From: Marsupella aquatica
Taxonomy: Eukaryota; Plantae; Marchantiophyta
DNA: 64,000 bases
Assembly (NCBI GenBank): GCA_973895155.1
Contig: OZ316895.1
Span: forward strand, 13,696,125-13,760,124
Direction: 5' to 3'
In this document: positions 39,615-51,500 of the stretch, one piece after another
How positions within the stretch are numbered: the first letter of the stretch is position 1
Layout: every line of letters begins with the position of its first letter
Notes under the pieces: generated by a model
The model's input: only the letters and a program-made list of their open reading frames with translations
What the model was told of the DNA's origin: nothing
Databases searched by the model: none
Made by a program: the position numbers and the translations under genes

Positions 39615-41045
39615 TCATCCTTGGTCTATGGTAGTTAAAGATTTCGAAAAAGCTGCCGAAAGAGCGAAGGAGAGAAGCCGCTTCAATTCCCTTAATGAGG
39701 TGTTATCTTCCAGAGATTTCCGGGCCAGCGCGCCCAGGCTCCCCGTCCTCCATTCCTTCAACTGCGGCGCGGAACGGATGAGTCGGGAGGCTGCACTCAG
39801 GCTCTCATTCAGGTTGGACAGGGCGCACTCAGATTCGAGTCCGAGAGGGTCCGGACTCTCCACCGGATTGGAATTCGCATACGAGTCAAGATGTTCCGAC
39901 GATGGTCCGCCTTCTGAGGAAGTTCTGGGAGACACGGCTGGCGTTGAGCATATCTGCATGGATGACAAGATTGCATCCTCGGAAGGAAACAATAATACGT
40001 CCAGGTGATCTTTGTACAACACTTCTGGAAGGCCGATCTGGTCCTCTGCGCGGGCATTCGGAGATTCAAGATGAACTGATGGAGGATCGCTTTCATCTAA
40101 GTGCCAAAACGATAACGCATGGAGAGCTGCATCAAGATCGTCGGCAATATCATTGTTTGTCGTTGTCTTGAGCGCGTTGTCATCATCTGATGTATGTGCT
40201 GACTTCGAACTGCTGCCTTTAGTAATTTGCGCAAACGTACAGTCTGATAGGTGCGATTCGTAGCGCGGAAGTGGGCTCAGAGGCGGGAGCGGAGGCCTAT
40301 TCACGGAAGAATTCCGCCCTAGAAAGTAAGGTTGATTGTTTCTTCTGACCATTTCGAGATCCTTGAAGTAGTGCAATTTGCAATCCAAGGAACAGAATCT
40401 GATGGAACAGTTGATCCACTCTCGTACGTGATGTAGCTTGGTCCGACAAGTAGCTCGAGCGCAGTTCTTCCAGGGCTCCGTAGAATTTGTACTATCGGCG
40501 TACCCAGCCGTGCCATGCAGGAAAATGAAGAGCGCAGAATCAGCCCCTTCACGAACAGACCACGTGATCTCTTGTATCTGTGCGGTGTCCACTCCAAAAC
40601 TCTCGATGTCTGCCTTATTCACGCAGAGGGAACTTTCGTAGTCGTACATTTGCAGCCGATCGTGTCCATGATGATCTGCGCCTGCCTCGAAATGCCGTTC
40701 TTGAAAGAGTCGACCCTTGTTGCAAGAAGCGCAAAAGAATACGAGACCAAGTGGAAAATTGTAGGCAGCTATAATCAGAAGATTTGCCACCCATCGCGGA
40801 TACATAGGCGGTAGAGCGGGGTCTCGAGTTTCTGCCACCGGTGGCCGCTGCACAGCAAGCTCCGACGTCGACGCTCCAGAATTTGAAGTTATTTTGGGAC
40901 GATAGACCATGCGTGGCCCACGGGAAGGGCCGTGATGCATGAGATGACTATTGTAATTCGAAGAAGGCATCAACACACGAGCTCTACCGTGTCTGGATCC
41001 GGTGCTACCAGTCGGCGATGATCGATGGTTTATCAAACTTTGCAT
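39615..41045 (-). CDS. Divergent PLATZ-like zinc-dependent DNA-binding protein, single coding exon, 476 aa
   Basis: Uninterrupted ORF with colinear PLATZ landmarks: PRWVANLL (cf. PPWL), FFCASC, HHGHDRLQM (cf. H-x2-H..IQI), DTAQIQ, FIFLH (cf. VVFLN), CARATCR.L...FCSLDCKL (cf. FCSLGCK). Long low-complexity C-terminus. Confidence 0.75.
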   Translation of the reverse strand: MQSLINHRSSPTGSTGSRHGRARVLMPSSNYNSHLMHHGPSRGPRMVYRPKITSNSGASTSELAVQRPPVAETRDPALPPMYPRWVANLLIIAAYNFPLGLVFFCASCNKGRLFQERHFEAGADHHGHDRLQMYDYESSLCVNKADIESFGVDTAQIQEITWSVREGADSALFIFLHGTAGYADSTNSTEPWKNCARATCRTKLHHVREWINCSIRFCSLDCKLHYFKDLEMVRRNNQPYFLGRNSSVNRPPLPPLSPLPRYESHLSDCTFAQITKGSSSKSAHTSDDDNALKTTTNNDIADDLDAALHALSFWHLDESDPPSVHLESPNARAEDQIGLPEVLYKDHLDVLLFPSEDAILSSMQICSTPAVSPRTSSEGGPSSEHLDSYANSNPVESPDPLGLESECALSNLNESLSAASRLIRSAPQLKEWRTGSLGALARKSLEDNTSLRELKRLLSFALSAAFSKSLTTIDQG

Positions 41046-44000
41046 CGACGTGCTCTCGCGTATGATGAATCGGCGAGGATGATGCTTGAATTACCTAGAA
41101 CAACAAACTATAGAACTGGCTACTATTTACGGCGATAATTGAGATTCAATTCAACTATGTGAGCACAATACCTTCGCGAAGAAAGACGAGAATTGAACGA
41201 CTTCTCTCTGGAGCAAATGATAATGACTTCGTTGAGCTATGATCGTCGTCTGATGACCCGAATAATGACAAAGCCAACGAAAAAGCTGAGCCATGTGTAC
41301 GAAATGTTCGCTCGGAAGGAACGCAACAGATCCATAAGCACAATAGGGGGAAGCAAAGGAGGAGTCTAAACGTGGGATCAAAGAGTCAATTCACTTGGGA
41401 AAGTGGTGTTCTGCACTCAGTCTGAGCTTCGGTGCGTTAGACCCAACCAGCTCGAGGATTGCCGTATAAATTATGGACAGCCATCTTAATTACTATGCTT
41501 GGAGTCGCATTCCGTTGATGCTGTAGTTCAACGACTCTTATCCAACACTCTTAAGCACTCCATCTCGGCGCATAACCGGTGATTCGCTTTGAAATTGGGG
41601 TCGGTCGGTCCTCCTTCCGTCGTCATAGTTTTGAAAAGTTGACCGACTGTATGATCGTCTTGTACGTCACTCAACGCTCCATTTTCAAATACTCATCGAG
41701 AGCTCCATCGACAGAAGACTTAGAGCCACTTCGTGGTTCCTCTTTTTCTCTGTGTCTGTTTCACCGAGCTCCTGGTTTCCTGTCAATCCTTACAGACTCG
41801 AAAAGTTGACTGTTAGTGGATCAGCTTGCTAGACCGTCACACAAACTACCGTATTTCTGCGGCGCCATGACCAGTAATCGGTTCTATTTCATCGCCGGTG
41901 AGAGCTTGGAACCGGCTCGGCTCCCATTTCTGTCGTTGGAATGCCAGCCGTTCGGCAATTCGAGCCAGCGCCAGCCCGGGCCCACTCATTTTCAGAGTGC
42001 TAGCAGCCACGAAACCAGTCAGATTTTCTAGCTGCAAGGGTTTCAGCATTTCAGCTCGTTAAATTTTTTAGTTAGCATTATGGTCGATCCAGATCGTCGG
42101 CATCGAGCCAACATCCTCTCCTATTGCGCAGCTGGAGTTTTAGCATTGCAGCACCCCGTCCAAAAATTGTAGGTGTTGCATGCGTTGCGGCATGTCCAGA
42201 CCGTCGGCATCGCGCCAACATGCTCGATCCTATTTTTGCCTTCGCGTAAATCAGAGTGCCGGTCTCGACTCGGTCAATTCTCTCCTGCGGTGGCGCCTCT
42301 GAGTCATTCGGCTGTAAGGTACGTGGCCAGTCAATCCAAGTCTAGTACCTTCACAGATCAGGTCGTGCCAACATCAATTAATCATCTAATCCTCGTATGC
42401 TTCGACATATGGCCAGATAGACTCATGGAATTAGTGGATCATGCACCGACTGATGAGGGTCCTTCGGTGGTTCTCGTCGGACAGTTTTACGTGGAGCTGA
42501 GCCTAGCCCCGGGAGACTACTGTTGATCAGTTAAAGCTGCGAGACTACTGTTGATCAGTTCCGTGTTGCAGGGCTCAACGGGAGATTCAATTCTCCTTGA
42601 ATTCGTCCATATAGCAAGCTAGGCCGGTATTGGCTCTCCAAGTTTTCGAGGGTAGGATTATGTTCCTCTCACTCTAGAAGGATAGCAAGCTCGGATAGAT
42701 CTACAAGCTAGAAGAAAGACGAGCAGTGCGGGGCAGGGAGCAGTGCAGAACAATTTTTTCGAGCAATCTAAGCTGGACATTCATGGAGGAGAAGAAGATG
42801 CTCCGACAAGAAGATTGGAAGTGAGATACCACACAGTCTGAACGAACTCGATCGAGCTACTGCTTAGCCATTGAAACGGGATGAAATTGTAGCTTCCGGA
42901 TATATGATCATCACAGGGAATAGGAAAGTTTCCCAAGTCTGTAATATAAAGCGCAGCTCTAGAGATGGCAGTCGAGAGCTGCTAGTGGAAGTTCGTTACC
43001 ACCTCACAATTATGACGCTGACCATACCCGTATTTGCACTAGAGCAGATACAACTTGAATGGTGGGATGTTGGAACTCGGGATGACTGTACACGGATACT
43101 GGCGAGAGTAATTTAGTGATTCAAGTGTGAAACTCAAAGTTAAAATACTAAATCGAACTGACCTCTTGACTTGGCCTCGACAGTTTGGCTCACGACATTC
43201 ATCCCTCATTGTTCGCAAAGTATCAGCCAAACTCTGGAGAGTTGGACTAACTCCTAAACTAGAATAATGTGTTGAGTTATTATGGTCCTTGTTCTATTCC
43301 TCTCCATCTTCAACTTATAATGCCTCAGTACAAGATCTAGTTGGGAGTTGGAAACAGTTTGAAAATCCTATAGGGTCTATGTGAGCCAATCATAACTAAA
43401 CACATAACTTGGGGAGTTGGAAACACATAATCCTTTACAAGCATACAGTCCCCCATATTTCTCCTGCATACGCGGATTGACATACGACTGCCCTAGCCTA
43501 TACCTTGTAAAGGTTATCGTACGCCCTTAATATATATATTATGGCGTGCACTCTGCATCAAACAAGATGGGATAACCGGGTAAGGACTTGTGAAATCGAG
43601 GTGAAAATACTGTGACTGTCAGCCTAGAAGGAGAATTAAGGTGGCACTTGTGACGTTTTTCCACCAAAGCAAAACTGGAGGGACACTTCTTGTGGCCAAT
43701 ATAGAGTCCCAACGAAATGAACAAATCCCAAATGAAGTTCAATAAAAGCAAATCAATGGCCATGAAAATGTTTTGCTACCTTGACACCAAAGCAAAACTG
43801 GAGGGTCACTTCTTGTGGCTAAAACATAGACTCCCATCAATATAAACATATCCAAAATATAGTTCAATAAATGCAAATCAGGAGCCATGAAAATGCATGT
43901 TTGCACTGCCCCTCTCAGGCAGTTAAAACTTGTTACGGACCCCCATTAGAGGTCCTTTCCAAAATTCATGGTTCCACAGTGCGCCACATCATCATGGCAT

Positions 44001-45639
44001 TCATAAACAGGAAGGGACTTGTTTTTGGATAAAATTAACTTCTACATTCATGTTTGTGGTAACTTTGCTGTAAAAACTAGGACGCCATGCCGTAAAAAGA
44101 ATGTAAGAAAATTGACATGCAAATCAAAAGATAAAAAGATTGAGGTAAACTGCTCCCAATAACGGTTTTATTTCCATTTTGATTTCATTCAAAACATAAA
44201 ATTTTCTTGACAATAATATTTGATTTGAAATTGTTGAGTCAAATCATAATGAAAACTCACGTATAATATGGCGTTGGAAAGATCTTGAAGAGACGGTCGT
44301 GATGAGCTCAGAATTGTCACCATTCGATAAGAATTGAGTAAATAATTTGAAAAATAGATTTTACCCGTGATTTTGTAATCTCTAATGTGAATAGAAATTT
44401 TGTTGTACAACCCCTGAAATGTTGACCCCTTCCATGAGAATAAACCTAAAATTGATAGATTTTATCGAGTACTAAGGAGATTATGAATTTTAGAATTTCT
44501 TAAGTTGTTTAATGAACTTAACATTGATAGATTTAGTTGAGTTCTGAGGAGATTATAAGTTTCCAATGTTCTCTAGCTTTCTAATGAGTGTGACATTGGG
44601 AGATTTTATCAAGTACTAAAGTGGTCATGAATTTCTAAATTTTTCTAACTTTCTATCCATTCTGAATTCCACAATTGGAAATTTGTTTCCATGAAATTTT
44701 TTGTTTTAAACAATTATGCAAGGTTAGTGATTTGATGACACCGACGACTTCTCTCTCTTTGTCTATCTGCATGTAGGAATTGAAAAGTGATTACTTTCGA
44801 TGCAACCTGAATGCATCCAGCATCCCTTCGATAACGTGAAGGAAATCGATCACTGTTTTGCTGAAGTGGGCACGGAACTTGAACTCAAACATAACTTCTA
44901 TTCATCATAATGTCCGGGCATTGTGTTTGAGTTGGACGCTGTGTTTTTGAGTTTTGACTCTAAATTGTTCTACATTGAACACAAAAGATAAAAAATTCAC
45001 AAATCAAATGTCAATGTCAACACTGAAACACAAAGCCAATATTCAAACACAAAGTCCATTTTGAACACAATTCCTTTGAGGTAAAAAAAATGAAAACACA
45101 TAGTCAAAACTAAAATATCATGCCCCGGGCACAGTATTTGAATAGAGCGTCCCATGGCCCACTACTCGAATACAAGGCCATGGAGCTGTGTTGGAGTAAG
45201 ACTGGTAACCATGTCAAAACTGGATACACCAGGTAAGTTCATGAAACTGTGAAACAAAAAGGCACGGTAGAGGAGAGTTTGGGGAAGACGGGTAGCCGGG
45301 AGAGTTTGGGGAAGACGGGTAGCCATGACAAAACCTGGAGACACCAGGTCGGAGCAGGTTCATGAAATTGTGAAGCAAAATGGCAAGGTAGAGGAGAGTA
45401 ATGAGTAGAATGGGAAAAAATGGCACGGTACAGCAGAGGAATGAGTGGAGGAATTAGTGGAATGCAAAAAGGGACTTCCCCCTTTTCTTCCCCCTTTACA
45501 ATGGCTACCGTAGTGGCTTTGCGTGAACAAAAAACAAGCCCAGTGACTTGCGAGTGAGTTTGTGACACATAGAGAGTGGCGTGGCCTCCTCTCCGTGTTT
45601 TGCGGGAGTCCTTTGGGTCGAGCATGTAGCGAGCAATGA

Positions 45640-45790
45640 GGTTTCGCATTCGGCGAAGCAACGAGATTTTGCATTCGCGAGTTGAATGAATGTGCTTACT
45701 GCAAGAGAATCGGCCAAGTTGCGAGGCTTCTCATTCGGCCAAGCTACGAGACTTCGCATTCGGCCAAGCTACGGGGCTTCGCATTCGGAG
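45640..45790. repeat. ~24-bp tandem motif upstream of USE1
   Basis: 'cgcattcggccaagctacg(a/g)g(a/g)ctt' x3-4 at 45710-45788 plus degenerate copies at 45640-45682. Confidence 0.75.
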
Positions 45791-46400
45791 CAGAGGGCAG
45801 GGGTTCCGATTCTGTCGTCATTTCGTTTCAGCTGCCACTGTTGTTGTTGGAGATGGCTGCGGTTTCAGCTCGGATCGTGTGTTCTGCCCTCGAATCCCGC
45901 TGGTGTTCGGCAGAAGGCTTCAACTAGGAGTGGACCTCGATCGGATGCCATAGCGAGCTCATTCTGAAAGATCGAAGACCGTTCGATGCCGTTCCCCCCT
46001 TTCTCCCATTTCAGCAGGGTTTTCGGTGTTCGTGTCTACTCGAGTAGAAGTGGGCAATCAAGAGTAGCTTTTCTGTGGAGTGCTCGGCGATAATGCGTTA
46101 TGGCGTTGTTGTCTGTTGGAGTCTAGGGTTTTGTCCAACATGAAGGTATCTTTGTTGCTACCTGTTTGCAACAATCTGTGTTGGGCCGTGCGCACTGTAT
46201 CGTAAAAGTTTGTTTTCGGAGTTTTTTTTGGAAGACTGTGGAGAGTGTCTGATGCAGAAACTATGGCACGCCTTGGAAGCTTGAGACGATTGTTCCTGTA
46301 GAGCCCTCCTTAGCTGAATTCTGGCTCAAATTACGGTGAAATCTCGGTCGGCCCATGCAGTTCACTTCTCTCATTTCTTTCGATCCACTCGCTCCTGAAA

Positions 46401-47174
46401 ATGGGAACGAGTCCAGCAGAGGTGAGGTTAAGGAGACTATTGGCGTCGACTCCTCGAGAGGGGAACCCGATGAAGCTGCTGCACAACGTGGCCGCAATGA
46501 GGGAGCAGCTGGCTCTTCTCACCGGCGATACCGGACATGATGATCTCCCACTCATACCGTCGTCCAAAGCGGAGGATTACGCCAAACAAATAAATGACCT
46601 TGCCGAGAGCATCGAGGCCAGTGCTCCTCCTCTCGATATCTGGGAAGCACTCCGAAGCAACGAAGATGGTACGAAAAACTCCACTCCTACGTTTGAAAGG
46701 AAAGCAAGATCGGAATTGGAAGTGGATGAGAATGAAGAGTCCTCCCTTTTGGGCGCTCAGGCCCTGTCTCCCACTCTCAGGAGACGACGGCTCCAAAGAG
46801 AGCAGAATGTGCAACAGGCAGGAGGAGGAGCTGGAGCAGGAGGAGCAGGAGTGAAGTTAGACACTGCTACCAACCAATTAGTTGACAAGCATAGGCAAAT
46901 CCAGGATGCTTTGATCGGCGAGATGGCCATGTTTTCCGAGCAGATGAAGAATAATAGCCTCCTGATGGAAAGGTCGCTCAAGGACACAGAGCGGGTGCTG
47001 GACAGCACCGAGGAGGCTGTGGAGCACAGCTTATCAGCAACGAATAGAGCTAACTTGAGAGCCGGATTCATATACAAGTCCAGCTGGAAGACTGGCTGTT
47101 TTACTTGGTTGATGTTGCTTCTCATGTGCCTCATTTTCATTTTCATGATTGGAGTGATAAGAGCGACAAGGTGA
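46401..47174 (+). CDS. USE1: USE1-type ER Qc-SNARE (vesicle transport protein), 257 aa, intronless CDS
   Basis: N-terminus MGTSPAEVRLRRLL...KLLHNVAAMREQL matches plant USE1; SNARE coil HRQIQDALIGEMAMFSEQMKNNSLLMERSLKDTERVLDSTEEAVEHSL; C-terminal TM CFTWLMLLLMCLIFIFMIGVIR. Confidence 0.93.
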   Translation: MGTSPAEVRLRRLLASTPREGNPMKLLHNVAAMREQLALLTGDTGHDDLPLIPSSKAEDYAKQINDLAESIEASAPPLDIWEALRSNEDGTKNSTPTFERKARSELEVDENEESSLLGAQALSPTLRRRRLQREQNVQQAGGGAGAGGAGVKLDTATNQLVDKHRQIQDALIGEMAMFSEQMKNNSLLMERSLKDTERVLDSTEEAVEHSLSATNRANLRAGFIYKSSWKTGCFTWLMLLLMCLIFIFMIGVIRATR

Positions 47175-48548
47175 CGACGAATCTTTTAATCCTTCTGGTG
47201 GGTAGTCCTGCGAGATGCAGTCAATGGAATTGCCCGATATAGTTCTGAAGCTTGTCCTTGTGCGAAAACTTTGGGATCAAAATGCGGAAATCTGATGGCA
47301 ACAAAGAAGGTGCTGCGAGACGAAAATCTAGTTTCTTCGACTGCAACCTGTGTCCACCCATGCAGAGCGGCAGCTGTCGTCGAATCTTATGACGATTAAT
47401 GAAATGCACACTGAACTATTAGACCATAGAAGTTTAAATTGGAGACCCCTATAGTTGGGGGTCCATGTAAGCTTCTAGTAAGTCATGGATACTATTACTT
47501 GTAGCAGGAATCCCTTCTGCCACGCACGCAGCGGTTTCTCTGCAACAAGAATCAAACTTTGAACTGGTGGCCCGAGATGTCCCCGAGGAACCATAGTTGT
47601 GAGTAGTGTCGAATGATTTCGATCCCAACTTTGTATCTTGTCCAATATGTCCTGTAGCGAACCTCCCAAGAACTGCTTGGGTTCCAACTTCAATTTTCTG
47701 CAGGGAGATATCGAGTGTGGAACCACTTGAACGTTTCAAGATTAAAAGTCGCGTCCATTAACGTCTGCAAGGGATACTTCCGATGGAGACGCATAGAAAA
47801 GCATTCATGTGAAGCAAAACCACAGGATCCGAAATAAATTACATTGCATATTGCCTTCCATGTTGAAATTGGGGTCAAGCTTTGTGACGGTAAAGCAGGC
47901 TGCATGCAATCCAAACCCTCATCTTTGTCATTGCAATCCAATTATTGAAAATTGCTGAACCTCAGACTATCACGAGGGAGACCAGGATCAGAGTTCGCTA
48001 AGTTAAATGTCCCTTCGCGAGTGGAGGGATGAGAACAATCATGTCTATCGGCACCACAAATAAGTTCTTTACAGCTCTTAGAAACTTTTTGGGATTCGAG
48101 CTTTCCTGACTCGAGCTTGACTCCCGATAGAGAACCTACTCCACAGAACTGCCAAGGCCCTATCTGAAGCCGAAACCTTACATAGCAAACTGCATCGATC
48201 TTTCCCAACCTTCAACAGCTTCATCAAACAGTTTGTACACTACAATTCTCCGTAGAGTCTCCCTATATGGAAGGAACCAATAATTAAATAAATTATCGCC
48301 CTTGTGGCAAGTAAGAAATATGGATAACGAGTACCTTTCTAAGTTTCTGTGAGCTAAGGCCGCTGCAAGAACAACGACGTGAGGGCAAGGAATGACTTCG
48401 AATGAGAGCTAAACCCAATGCGACATATATCTGGCTATCAATTGTAACCGCAGAAAATCCTATTTCTATAATTTTGAAGCTTACGTTTCTCGACTATCTT
48501 AACTTGTATACGCGATATACAAATCCTGTACAGTGATGTAAGACGCGT

Positions 48549-51500
48549 TCATGAATCTCGAGACCTTTTGAAAAGGTATCTAAAGGTCCAATCATAAGAT
48601 ACAATAGACATTTGCTGGGAGGTTTTCTTCCCTCTCTTTTTCTCGAGGGACTCCTCTACAGTAGTTCTTCTTTCATCTGGAAGCTGTAGCGCTATCCATT
48701 CTAGAAGAGACCTAGCGTCACTTGAAAAATCTCGAGCATACCAGTGCATGATCTTTGGAATCATGACCCTCGAATGTCGTGTTAGTCCTACTGAAGCAGT
48801 TAAGAAATCCCTGCATGCTTTTTTCAGCTCTGTTTGTATGCCACCTGCTGTGTATACCCTCACCTGTCACAAAAAGAATGCGACCGAGTATGATAAATGT
48901 GAACATCCTGAGAGAGAAGTACATGCCTGCGCTTCTTAGCAGAGTGTCATGCATCTGTGAAGTGAAAAGACAATCTTTAGTTAGGGGGCCATGGTGAACA
49001 ACGAATGCTCTCCAATATTCCAATCACATCACAGCTCCATCAACCTATCTGAGTTCTCTGACATCTGAAATTTGCAAAAGAGAGAATTCTAGTCAAAACT
49101 CTCGCAGGTCAATCGTTAAATCGTGGGAGGCACAAGGATGCTCGGGGCCTCCAACGTGATGAGGGATCCTAGGTCACGAACATAAGCACCAAGTTCGGGC
49201 ACACATAAATGGCTTCTTCGTCCCAATTAAATCAAAAGTGCAAAAGTTACTCCAACGCAGTCTGGCGTTCAACCAGGTTAAAGTGGGCTTCTTACCATGG
49301 GAGAAGAGTAACTACCACAGCAAAGAGCAAAGCTGACAAGAGGTTCAGGTCGGTCAAGTGCATAAGTTTGTCGCGCATCTTGCTTCTTATACTTGTGAAC
49401 AGGTAGGAGGCTTGCCTGTCGACGACAACAAGAAAATTGAACGCTAAGTACTTGACCTTGTCTGGATACAGTGTCGTTCGCACATCCAAGAGGAAACGTT
49501 GACGTTACCAAAATGGCACAGAAGTAGTACATTCAAAACTTACCTTCTACAAAGCATGCGTGAATTACTTTACAAGAAATCTCCAAGTTCATGCAGCCAT
49601 TGCAGAATGGCCCATTGTCGGAGGGATTCAGGATCTAAAAAGCAAATGAGATTGAGCAGATTCCAATCAAAGTACCGACCATAGAATGTCGAGGAGGAGG
49701 AGGGAACACACCAAAGCAGGTCGATAAGAGCAGGCTCGCAAAATTGCGTGTTCAATGGCCAGTGCACTGAATAGGTGTCCACCCACTATGTACGCGGACT
49801 GTAAAACACGCAGATTAAAATCTTCAGAATATTTGATACCAGAAAATTGTGCTGTATTCAGAAAGATCTTTGGTACAGAGAGGTAACTAGAGAATTGGCT
49901 TTCTGACTAAATTCATTTACGAACTCCCTGTCTAGTAGAGGTGGACTGTATCAAACAGGAGAGACGGAAACAGTTCCAGGCAAAACTGTCAACATTCCAC
50001 GTGCTCCTGCAAAGAGAAGACACAGAATCCTTACAGTTACCGTTCTCACATGTTATTGCAAGGAAACGCTATGATGGCCAAGATGTGAGCTTCACGACGG
50101 AGTACCTTGTGCATCAATGCAATCCGCTTGTAGTGGCTACGTGGTACGCCCCGCACAATATATGCCTATTAAGAGGCCAAAAAATCACAACTCAGTTAAT
50201 TACAATTAGGGCTAGATGCATCTGGATCATACCCAAGAGAGACATGAAAGATTGTCAAGATTTTGAAATATCGTGGCAAGTACAGAAAAGTGAAAATTTC
50301 CACGACAAAGAATACTCTAAATCGTTGGGAGGAAGGACACCATTGGTGACACAAGTCACCAAGAAATGGAAGACAAACAAAATATCGTCAATTCACATAA
50401 CAATCATCGCCTAGTTAGCGCTGATAGAAAATCATAGATCTTGAACATTACATGCATCATGAGTGAGTTGTACAAATTTATCCAAAACGCCAAGCGTTGC
50501 TCATGGGTCATTTCCCGTGGATCCACATTCTGCAAGAGTTCCACCAGACCCCTGCAATCCAATTGTGAACTCGATTATGATAATCTAGCATGGCAGCGAG
50601 AATAGCAGAGCAGAATGTCAATCCAAAGAACGCAAAGTTTCCAAATGGTAGTCGAGTACAAAAAAAGGTCACGTAGTCAGGATGCCTTCCACAATTGATT
50701 AGTCACGACACTCGACTGTAAACTGGAAAGCTCCCAGACACAAAAGCTTCCAGATTCTATGAAAAGCACGAATCATTTCCTTATACTCACATGTAGTAAT
50801 GTAACGACAACGAGTATTAAAAGAGCCACATGGTTAAAATTCACACCTGACATGTTTATATAAATGAGAATCCTTGATCTCTTCTATATCAGGAGTCGAA
50901 GTTACTGCAGCACACTTTGAATAGACACCAGTGTCCAGTAATTCTTGCACTCCATACGGATCAAGCACAGTTTCCGCAATCAAGCTTTCAGGTTGTTGCT
51001 CTGATCCCGCCAGATCAACAAACGATTGACTCCGGCTCCGATTCCTTACTTGAGGTAAACATTGTCCAGAGTTTTGAAGTGGTGAGGACGGTGAAAGATT
51101 TTCGACACGGTTCTCGTAGAGTAATGACATTGACCGAACCATCTCCTCTGAGAGTTCATTCGGTCGTACAATTGACTTCTTTCGCGATAAAGTTTGGGGA
51201 GCCCCAAGTCTACTTGACGATACTGAGGTCGATTCCTACAAACGGAAACACAGATAAGTAGTTAAAACCAGTGACGCGTTGCAAGTTTCCTGCTACGTGA
51301 CAGACTCTGACCAATATGAAAACCCCCCTCAACGAGTCCCCTATTGTGACGCACGCTTAAATTGGTAACCTTCCCTAGCTTTCCATTTCAATGCTGATAG
51401 ACAGCCAGTTAAGTAATTAAGTCTCTCCTCATCACTAAGTTTGTGTTTCTGCAACCTTTGTAGCAGGTCTACAGTCCGAGTCTCTCATTCCGGCTTGGAG

